Assembly: GCA_963677895.2 (NCBI GenBank)
Contig: CAXXGJ010000038.1
Span: forward strand, 544,001 to 608,000
Origin: Treponemataceae bacterium
GTDB taxonomy: Bacteria > Spirochaetota > Spirochaetia > Treponematales > Rectinemataceae
Length of the DNA: 64,000 nucleotides
Reading direction: 5' to 3'
Shown here one piece after another: positions 29,062-36,509 of the stretch. The notes under the pieces are model-generated. The model searched no databases and was not told the DNA's origin. It saw nothing but the letters and a program-made list of their open reading frames with translations. How positions within the stretch are numbered: the first letter of the stretch is position 1; each line of letters starts with the position of its first letter. The translations under genes and the position numbers were made by a program.

Positions 29062-30432
29062 ATGGAACTTCTTTCCCCTGCCGGCAGCATCGAAAAACTG
29101 ATCTACGCCTACCGATATGGCGCCGACGCGGCGTATATCGGCCTCCCCTACTTCAGCCTCCGCGCCCAGGCCGAAAACATCGACGATGCGGATGGCATGG
29201 CTCCGGACAGGATCCGCGAGATAAAGGAATCCTTCGGGCGACCTGGCGGCCTGCCGGAGCGGCTCAGTGTCTCGCCGGATCGGCCGCCGCCGGGCAAGAA
29301 ACTCTACTGCGCCGCCAACATTTTCTTCCACAACGACGATCTGGACGCCCTCGAAAAAGCGCTGCCGAGGATCGCGGAATATCCCTTCGACGGATTTCTC
29401 GTGAGCGACCTCGGCGCCTATGAAATGCTGAGAAAAGCCTTTCCCGACAGGGAATTCCACCTCAGCACCCAGGCGAACTGCACCAATTGGCGGGCGGCGA
29501 AGCTCTATCGGGATATGGGCTTCAGCCGCATCGTTCCGGCGCGCGAACTTTCCCTCGACGCCATCAAGGCCATAAAGGACCATGTGCCGGGGCTGGAGGT
29601 GGAAGCCTTCGTGCACGGCGCCATGTGCATGGCCTATTCGGGCAGATGTTTCATCTCCTCCTGGCTGGCGGGAAGGTCGGCCAACAAGGGCGACTGCACG
29701 CATTCCTGCCGCTGGCACTATAAAGTCTATATCGAAGAGGAAAAGCGCCATGGTCAGCTCCTGCCCGTAGAGACGGGCGAGACGAGCCACGGCGGCTACA
29801 CCCTCCTCATGTCCTCCCGCGATCTTTGCATGATCGACCACCTCCAGGACCTGAAGGCGGCGGGCGTCGACAGCCTCAAGCTGGAAGGCAGGATGAAAAG
29901 CATCTACTATGTCGCCCTCGTCACCCGCGCCTACCGGTACGCGCTCGATCATCCGGGGGAAGAGAATCCCTTCCGCGAGGATCTCTTCGCCGTCAGCCAC
30001 AGGGAGTACGACACGGGCTTTTTCTATGGCCGCGAGGGGATGGACCTGTCGGCCGTCACGTCCTACCGGCAGACCCACCTTTTCGCGGGAAGCCTCGAGG
30101 ATATGCCGGCCATAGAGGATGGAGCCGCCCAGAACCTCGATGCCGGCGCGGAGAGGACTTCGCTGTTTTCGCGATTTGAAGACGAAGCCTGGACCATTCC
30201 CGTCTATGCCGAACTGAAGAACAGCATCCCGGCCGGCGAAGCCATAGAGGTCATTCCCCCCGAAGGGAAGGCCATCAGGCTCGAGGCGGAGGATTACAGA
30301 TTTTTCGACGTTGAGGGCTGCTCCGGAGGAAAAATCCGGCACGGCAAGCCATGGTTCCTGCAGATCAGAAAAGAAAGGCTGGGCGGGCTGATCCCTCAAG
30401 CCTCGTGGCTGCTCCGGATGGCCAGCGCTTAA
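29062..30432 (+). CDS. peptidase U32 family Fe-S protein (TrhP-like)
   Basis: MELLSPAG, GADAAYIG, HLSTQAN, FVHGAMCMAYSGRC, CTHSCRW, SLKLEGRMKS. Confidence 0.88.
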   Translation: MELLSPAGSIEKLIYAYRYGADAAYIGLPYFSLRAQAENIDDADGMAPDRIREIKESFGRPGGLPERLSVSPDRPPPGKKLYCAANIFFHNDDLDALEKALPRIAEYPFDGFLVSDLGAYEMLRKAFPDREFHLSTQANCTNWRAAKLYRDMGFSRIVPARELSLDAIKAIKDHVPGLEVEAFVHGAMCMAYSGRCFISSWLAGRSANKGDCTHSCRWHYKVYIEEEKRHGQLLPVETGETSHGGYTLLMSSRDLCMIDHLQDLKAAGVDSLKLEGRMKSIYYVALVTRAYRYALDHPGEENPFREDLFAVSHREYDTGFFYGREGMDLSAVTSYRQTHLFAGSLEDMPAIEDGAAQNLDAGAERTSLFSRFEDEAWTIPVYAELKNSIPAGEAIEVIPPEGKAIRLEAEDYRFFDVEGCSGGKIRHGKPWFLQIRKERLGGLIPQASWLLRMASA

Positions 30433-31301
30433 GCCTTCAGCACCCCGCAGATCAGGTTGAACAGCCTCACGCAGTCGGAGGGTTTCGTGGCATAGCCCGT
30501 CCCCGAAGTCTCCTGCCTCACGACGATGCTGCCATAGGCGTCGTCGCCGCCGGCCTCTATTTCGTAGCCGCTCGCGCGCAGATCCTCGAACCTGCTGTAG
30601 CTGGCGCCCTTCCCCTTCGTGAGAATGACGGCGTAGAGATAGGGCACCTCGGCGCTCGGCCCCTTGTTGATGGCCGCCTGGACCTGGACGCCCACGAAAT
30701 CGTCGGCTTTGCGCTTGGGCTCGATCATGAGGCGGATATCCTCCGGCACGTCGCCCCCATTCTTGTCCTTGTCGAAGCGGAGATAGGGCGTGACGACGAC
30801 GTGCTCGGGAATCCGCTCGGCGAACAGCGCCTGGAAGCAGGGCATTTTCAGCGAAAGGACATGGGGCACGAAGGCCTTCACCCTTCCGAAAAACATGGCG
30901 GGGACGGCGAAAAGCAGTCCGTCGGCCAGAATCAGCGACAGATCGGGGCTGAAGGCGAGCGAAACCCCCGCGGCGATCGCCACGGCGCTTGCCAGCATGA
31001 CCATGAGGACGCTGCCGCCGATGGACTTGCCGAAAATCGCCTTCGATTCGCGCAGGGTATCGGCCAGCTTGTCGATCTCGGCCATCGAGACGGGACGCCA
31101 TTCCTCGAGCCCCTGGTCGGCCGGCTTGTTCGTGATCGGCTTGAGGCGGAGGGGAATGTAGCCGAGGACAATGGCGATCAAGCCGGGCAGCAGCCCCCAG
31201 CCGAAGAGGACCTGGAGGAGGGCTCCGGCGGAAAAAAGCCCTGCCGCGAGGGCCAACCTTGCGGAGAGACTCAGTTTCATGGAAGAAAATTCGTAGTCCA
31301 T
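30429..31301 (-). CDS. hypothetical membrane protein (about 4 TM plus soluble C-terminal domain), last gene of radical SAM cassette
   Basis: Hydrophobic segments; GAGGT RBS; starts 4 nt after the rSAM stop. Confidence 0.7.
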   Translation of the reverse strand: MDYEFSSMKLSLSARLALAAGLFSAGALLQVLFGWGLLPGLIAIVLGYIPLRLKPITNKPADQGLEEWRPVSMAEIDKLADTLRESKAIFGKSIGGSVLMVMLASAVAIAAGVSLAFSPDLSLILADGLLFAVPAMFFGRVKAFVPHVLSLKMPCFQALFAERIPEHVVVTPYLRFDKDKNGGDVPEDIRLMIEPKRKADDFVGVQVQAAINKGPSAEVPYLYAVILTKGKGASYSRFEDLRASGYEIEAGGDDAYGSIVVRQETSGTGYATKPSDCVRLFNLICGVLKA

Positions 31302-31305
31302 CGCT

Positions 31306-32727
31306 TTACCTCTTTTCGTCGGCCGCGGAAACCGCGGGCCGCGACATCGCGCGATTATCGCCGCCTGCCCTTGTTGCCATCGTTTTTCCGGCGCTCTCGA
31401 GCTCGCCGTACCCAGCGTAGTCCCAATACAGGGGGCAGGCGGCCTGGCAGGCGGTGAAGGAACCGCAGCTTGCGCAGGATTCGGGAGCGTAGCGTTTATT
31501 CTTGAAGTGGGCGGCGCGTTCCGAGAACCAGATATCCGAAAAATCCTTCTTCAGAATGTTGCCGAGCGATTCGGGATAGGAGGAACAGGGCAGGATATCG
31601 CCGGCGGGATTCACGCTCAGGAGACCGTCGGCGGCGGCGCAGCTCTTGTTGCCCAAGCCCCTGGCGACGGGATTGTAGATGCAGAGCGGCGTCGGCGAAT
31701 ACCAGAAAAAGGTGAGCCCTTCCCTGAAGGCTTGCCTGCGGATTTCGTCGACGAAGGCTCCCGTTTCCGAATAGGCCACGAAGAGCTCGGGCGCCCGCTC
31801 AGAATTGGCCGCCGGGATGTAGAGGTTCATCGAAAAGCGCTCGACGCCGAGGCTCTTCAGGTAGGCGGGCATCGAGAGAAGGCTTTCCCTATTGGGCCGG
31901 GTAAGGGTCGAGTTGGTCTGCACGCGGATTCCCGCGGCGGCGAGCGCTTCGATGCCCGCCAAGGTGCGCTCGTGCGCGCCCGGGGCGCCGCAGAGGCGAT
32001 CGTGGATCGCGGCGTCGGGGCTTTCAAGGCTCACCTGGGCTGTCCTCAAGCCCGCCTTGTAGAGGGACCGGGCGCGCTCGGGGCTCGCCAGCGTACCGTT
32101 CGTGATCAAATTGACGCGAAGATGTATTCCGTCGGCATAGGCGATGAGCTCCTCGAGGTCAGCCCTGAGCAGCGGCTCCCCTCCGGTGAAGGAGAAAAAG
32201 GGAATTTTGGCCTTTTCCCTGAAAATGTCGATGACGCGCTTGATTTCCCGCGTATCCATCTCTTCCGACGCCATGCCGGAAGGAAAGGCTTGCCCGGATC
32301 CGCAGCTCCCGCCGCTTCCGCAGCCCGCGTAGCAGAAAAGGCAGCGATTGTTGCAGCGGTAGGTGACGGCTATCTCGCCCAGGATGGGGAGCCGGGTGAA
32401 GTCAAAGCCGTAGGCGACCTGCTCGGTCGTCACCTGGCGGCCATCGCAGATATCTTTGATGTCCGAAAGAAAGCCGGCTATGTCGCGCAGCTTCGCCGCG
32501 TCCATTCCCGGCAGCTTCTCGATTTTCTGGCCCGAATCGAGCGCCGCGAGGATCTTCACGCCCGTTTCATTGGTCTTGTAGACCATGTTGGGCGGAAGAA
32601 TGACGACGTTGTCCTCCTCGCGCACGAACACGTAATCGCGTACGGATTTCCAGAATCCCGGCACCCAGGAGAGATCTGGTCGGTCGCCTTGGTTCCTTGT
32701 GCGCGCGTTCTGATTGCCGCCGATCAA
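31306..32727 (-). CDS. radical SAM/SPASM protein with RRE-like N-terminus
   Basis: CNNRCLFC, FTGGEPLL, TNG; SPASM Cys CAAA...GDILPC...CASC.....C...C; TTG start overlaps upstream TGA, with GGAGG RBS. Confidence 0.88.
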   Translation of the reverse strand: MIGGNQNARTRNQGDRPDLSWVPGFWKSVRDYVFVREEDNVVILPPNMVYKTNETGVKILAALDSGQKIEKLPGMDAAKLRDIAGFLSDIKDICDGRQVTTEQVAYGFDFTRLPILGEIAVTYRCNNRCLFCYAGCGSGGSCGSGQAFPSGMASEEMDTREIKRVIDIFREKAKIPFFSFTGGEPLLRADLEELIAYADGIHLRVNLITNGTLASPERARSLYKAGLRTAQVSLESPDAAIHDRLCGAPGAHERTLAGIEALAAAGIRVQTNSTLTRPNRESLLSMPAYLKSLGVERFSMNLYIPAANSERAPELFVAYSETGAFVDEIRRQAFREGLTFFWYSPTPLCIYNPVARGLGNKSCAAADGLLSVNPAGDILPCSSYPESLGNILKKDFSDIWFSERAAHFKNKRYAPESCASCGSFTACQAACPLYWDYAGYGELESAGKTMATRAGGDNRAMSRPAVSAADEKR

Positions 32728-32843
32728 TGACCGCCTCCGGATACGCAGGCCGAATGGCAGGCGGAGTGGCACGCCGAATGGCAGGCTGAATGACAAGCCG
32801 AATGGCAGGCGTCGTGGCAAGCGTTGTGGCAGGCCGAATAGCA
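32724..32843 (-). repeat. 12 nt / 4 aa coding repeat (CHSA)
   Basis: TGC/TGT-CAY-TCN-GCN units with synonymous variation. Confidence 0.9.
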
Positions 32844-34451
32844 GGCCCCCGCCTGGCCTTCCTTGCCGGGCGTGAAGCAACCTGAGAAGCAGGCCGAGGA
32901 GCGCATGAAATCGCTGTAACCCGTCGAGAGCGCCTCGGGAAGTCCCAGCCCCGAGAAGCGCGTGGGATGGGAATGGACATAGCAGTAGCCATGCCAGTAG
33001 TACCAGTAATGGTTCCGGGCGCGCCAGGCAAGCCGGCGCTCTTCGTCCATAAGCGCTTCGCCGCTTTTTCGCTCAGACTCCATCGTCTCGGCCTCGGCCA
33101 GCAGCGCCCGGTAATGAGCCTTCGTCGCTTCCATATCGCAGTCCCAGAGCTTTTCCTGGAGCCCTCGGATCGTCGCCTCGAAGAAGTCCATCATCAGGCC
33201 GGACAGCACCCTGCCCTCTGCGTCGAAGCAGGCGAGGAAACTTTCCTCGATCGCGTCCTTCGCCTCATTCCGGCTCAGGATGGAAATCCTCAAGGGATTT
33301 TCCTCCGCGATCTCGATGATTCCCTGACTGCGCAGCCCTTCCAGCATGAGGGCGACGACCCTGGCGAGGGGGAACTCGAAGAGAAGCGCCACTTCGGCGG
33401 GATGCAAATCCTCGGCCACCTTGCCCGGAACCTGGTAGGTTCCGGTGAACAGCTTGGGCGGCACCCAGGAATCGCCGGCCCAGGCGATTCCCTTCACGAG
33501 CGCGGCGCGCTTTCCGTAGCGGCGAAGGTTCAGCATGTAAAGGTAAAGCGCCAGCGCGATGAGCGCCGCGAAGGCCGGAACCGCGACGAGGGGATTCGCC
33601 AGCAGCCTGAGGCCGCGCAGGCTTTCTCCGTCACCGCCCGATCCTTCGGCGGCGCCCGGCCGCGCCATTGCCCCAGGTTGCCCAACGGCCCCAGGTTGCC
33701 CCGTAGCCCCCGCCTGCCCGGCCGCCTCATCGAAGACCGCCGACATGGGCAGATAGCCTTCGGGGAAATACAGCCGCAGGCGCTGGGTTTGCCGCGCCGC
33801 AAGCTTTTCCTGGAAAAACCTCAGCGTCAGGTAATACGAGCCGTCGTCGCCCTTCGATCCGTAGTAATCGATCTTGTTCTCGGCATTCACCGATTTTTCG
33901 GTTTTGAGAGGAACGCCTGAGCGCTCGGTTTCGGTGAGCGACTCGCCGCCTACCTTCATGGGGAGCACGAGCCTCACCGTCCGCGACGCCATGCCCGTAT
34001 CCCACTCGACAGGAGCCCAGTCGAAGTAGAAAAGATCCCCGAACTCCTGGCTGGTTGTCCTGCCGATGAGGCCGGCGCGGGCGAAATCCCCCGCATAGTG
34101 CAGGAAGTAGTAGGCGCTGCCGGAAAAGCCCTTGCCGCCCGCGAGGATGACATCGAATTTTCCCGAACCCATGGGCTTGATGGAAAGTGGCTGGCGGAGA
34201 CCGCCGGGGATATCGGCGTAGCAGCCGTTCATGTCCCAGACGGGCTCGAAGGTCTCGCCCTGGAAATAGAAACCGTGCATCTGGCCGCCCGAGGCTTCCC
34301 ATTTGAGGCTGTAGTACAGATCCGCTTTGCCGTCGGTCCGCAAAACCACCGTGATGTCGGCCGAATCCAGCGATGTCGAAAGAGCGGAAAGGCCGCCCAC
34401 GAGAGCGAAAAGCGCGATGGCGAGCATCGCCCCGAAACGCGTTCGTTTCAT
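32724..34451 (-). CDS. membrane protein (DUF2207-like architecture) with C-terminal Cys/His CxxxC-repeat tail
   Basis: Signal peptide, exported domain, GQPGA linker, TM helix followed by RRYGKR, HPAEVALL, tail CYSACHNACHDAC(HSAC)5VSGGGH. Confidence 0.8.
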   Translation of the reverse strand: MKRTRFGAMLAIALFALVGGLSALSTSLDSADITVVLRTDGKADLYYSLKWEASGGQMHGFYFQGETFEPVWDMNGCYADIPGGLRQPLSIKPMGSGKFDVILAGGKGFSGSAYYFLHYAGDFARAGLIGRTTSQEFGDLFYFDWAPVEWDTGMASRTVRLVLPMKVGGESLTETERSGVPLKTEKSVNAENKIDYYGSKGDDGSYYLTLRFFQEKLAARQTQRLRLYFPEGYLPMSAVFDEAAGQAGATGQPGAVGQPGAMARPGAAEGSGGDGESLRGLRLLANPLVAVPAFAALIALALYLYMLNLRRYGKRAALVKGIAWAGDSWVPPKLFTGTYQVPGKVAEDLHPAEVALLFEFPLARVVALMLEGLRSQGIIEIAEENPLRISILSRNEAKDAIEESFLACFDAEGRVLSGLMMDFFEATIRGLQEKLWDCDMEATKAHYRALLAEAETMESERKSGEALMDEERRLAWRARNHYWYYWHGYCYVHSHPTRFSGLGLPEALSTGYSDFMRSSACFSGCFTPGKEGQAGACYSACHNACHDACHSACHSACHSACHSACHSACVSGGGH

Positions 34452-35068
34452 TCAATCTCCTCCCTGACCGACATGCGGCCGGACGCGGGCAAGCCGCCGT
34501 CTATCTGTATCCGCCGCTCCCGCAGAAGCCCCGCTTTTTCGCGCAGCGCCGCGGCGACGCGGCTTTCCGCGTCCGCGAAGGGGTCCGCGTCCTCCAGGCC
34601 GAAGCGTTTCTCGGTAGCGGCTTCGTCCTTTTCCTTCTGAAAAATGTCGACGATATCGAGCGCCTCGTCCAGCGCGGCGTCGGCTAGTGGATCGTCCTTG
34701 CCTTCCCGCCCGCAGGCATCCAGATACTCGCCCGCGGCCAGCGCGACGAGGCGGACGGCATCGGCCGCTGGCCCCTCGGCGATCCTGATCCGCGCCAATT
34801 TCTCCCTCGAGGCGGCGGCATGGCTCAGCTTCTTCGCCCTATCGCGCCCGAGCGCCGCGTCCCTGGCGGCGATGGCTGATTTAGGTCCAGCCCCGACTAA
34901 AAGAAAAATTAACCCGGCCGAAATTACGATGGCCGATCCTATCAAGAGCGCGAAGCCCGCCGGAAATCCGCCGGCGAGGCCCGCGAGCGCTGCGGCCAGT
35001 CCCGCGAAGCCGCTGCCGATCCCCAGCGGAGAGCGCGCGTACCATTTCAGATAATCCTTGGGAAGCAT
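34448..35068 (-). CDS. hypothetical membrane-anchored helical protein, first gene of radical SAM cassette
   Basis: Two N-terminal TM segments, Ala-rich helical body; ATGA overlap with the next gene. Confidence 0.7.
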   Translation of the reverse strand: MLPKDYLKWYARSPLGIGSGFAGLAAALAGLAGGFPAGFALLIGSAIVISAGLIFLLVGAGPKSAIAARDAALGRDRAKKLSHAAASREKLARIRIAEGPAADAVRLVALAAGEYLDACGREGKDDPLADAALDEALDIVDIFQKEKDEAATEKRFGLEDADPFADAESRVAAALREKAGLLRERRIQIDGGLPASGRMSVREEIE

Positions 35069-35234
35069 GTTAAGACTCTACTATTACGGCCCCCCTCGTG
35101 CAAGGAGCCCGCCATGCCGCTTTCGATTGCCCCGCTGCGGGAAACGGCGCTCCAGAAAGTCCGGCGCGGCGAAAAACTTGACAATCGCCTCCGGCTCCTC
35201 TAGGGTTGTATCGTACGAGTGAAGGGAGGCTACC

Positions 35235-35867
35235 ATGAAAAGTATCCGGACTAGTTTCTCCAGGCTCAGGCGCGGCGCCTTCCTGTCGGGCGCGGCGCTC
35301 GCCCTCGCCATGATCGCCGCGTCCTGCGCGACCACGCAGCCTGTCGTCTACAAACTGGACATCATTCCCGAGGCGAAGGCCAGGACCGAAATCGTGATGC
35401 CTCTTCTCACGACGTTGCGCGATTTCGGCAACAACATGGCGGCCCTCATGCTCACCGATTATCGCTTCGCGGAAATGAAGGAAACCGGCGGGGGCGCGTA
35501 TCTCTATCGTTTCGATAGAACGAACCAGAAACTTCCGCGCCACGCCTACATCGTATTCCGCCTCGAGGGGAGTCCGGCCATAACGACCAACCTCGGCGAA
35601 AAGAACTACATTCTCCTGGACGGCGGCTCCATAGGTCTCGTGCCCGCCGACGAACCGGCCGTCGTCGCCAACGGGAAATTCACTCTGCAGTTCACGAAGA
35701 GCGACTTCCGCGAGGCCTTCAATCCCTGGGTCATCGGCGAAAAAGGCAGCTACCCCGAACAGCTTCTCCTCTGGCTCAAGAACCCTGCCAGCAAGGAGGC
35801 GGACATGAAAAACCTGGCCTCGCTGCTGACGAGCGCCTTTCCGAGGATAGTCTACAAGATGAATTGA
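35235..35867 (+). CDS. putative lipoprotein
   Basis: GGAGG RBS; basic N-terminus, hydrophobic core, lipobox IAASC. Confidence 0.7.
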   Translation: MKSIRTSFSRLRRGAFLSGAALALAMIAASCATTQPVVYKLDIIPEAKARTEIVMPLLTTLRDFGNNMAALMLTDYRFAEMKETGGGAYLYRFDRTNQKLPRHAYIVFRLEGSPAITTNLGEKNYILLDGGSIGLVPADEPAVVANGKFTLQFTKSDFREAFNPWVIGEKGSYPEQLLLWLKNPASKEADMKNLASLLTSAFPRIVYKMN

Positions 35868-35873
35868 GTGGGG

Positions 35874-36341
35874 CTATTTCTGCCTGCGTTTGGCCGACAT
35901 TCGAGAGAGCCAGTCGGGAAATTCCTTCTCGACGAATTCGAAGATGTCGTGCGCTTCCTCGATCCGCACCTTCAGGGCTGGATCTGAGCCCTTTTTGAGC
36001 GCGAGCCCCCGGTCGGCAATCTCGTGGAGGCCGGCGAGGATCTCCATGCGGGAACGCATGAAGGTGAGCCAGCCGCCCGACTTGAAGCGAAAGTAGTCCC
36101 TGCGGGGCACGGGCGAGTGCGCCGGTTCGAGTATGCCTTCGGCGACGAGATGCTTGGCCGCGACGGAGACGGCGCTTTTCGAGGCTCCCAGCGTGTCGCA
36201 TATATCATTGAGAGAAAGGCTGATCTCATCGGAAATGAGTATGGTGCCCAGGACGCGGCCGTTCATCCGCGGCATTCCCAACTGCTCGAAGAAGAGTCCC
36301 AGATCTTCTATGAAATGCATCTCTTCTATGTTATGGATCAC
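35874..36341 (-). CDS. GbsR/MarR-family transcriptional regulator
   Basis: GMPRMNGRVLG, LSLNDI..LGASKSAVS, RRDYF. Confidence 0.82.
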   Translation of the reverse strand: MIHNIEEMHFIEDLGLFFEQLGMPRMNGRVLGTILISDEISLSLNDICDTLGASKSAVSVAAKHLVAEGILEPAHSPVPRRDYFRFKSGGWLTFMRSRMEILAGLHEIADRGLALKKGSDPALKVRIEEAHDIFEFVEKEFPDWLSRMSAKRRQK

Positions 36342-36422
36342 GAATGCCCTCCGGATGGTTCGAGTATAGAGACCGGCCGGCCGGCTGTCAACGAAGACTA
36401 TTTGTAGTACCTTAACTTTCTC

Positions 36423-36446
36423 AACTTTCTGTATTTACAAAAAGTT
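36423..36446. promoter_or_regulatory. putative operator palindrome
   Basis: AACTTTcTGTA-TT-TACAaAAAGTT between divergent regulator and ATPase genes. Confidence 0.5.
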
Positions 36447-36509
36447 TATATCGTTCTATGATTGCTTCTTTACGCCGGACGCCATTCGCGCGAGCGGAGA
36501 GGAGCATGC

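Noticed and set aside
32724..32843. Tail as a multiheme cytochrome c (CX3CH matches within CHSACH)
   Set aside because: The motifs overlap, are not canonical CxxCH, are predicted cytoplasmic, and no cytochrome c maturation genes are in the window
32728..32880. N-terminal extension of the rSAM ORF (GLPQRLPRRLPFGL...) and the 154 aa ORF 32567-33031 with PAIR repeats
   Set aside because: Both are alternative-frame readings of the CHSA repeat; variation in the repeat is synonymous in the Cys frame, and an RBS plus TTG start lies at 32727
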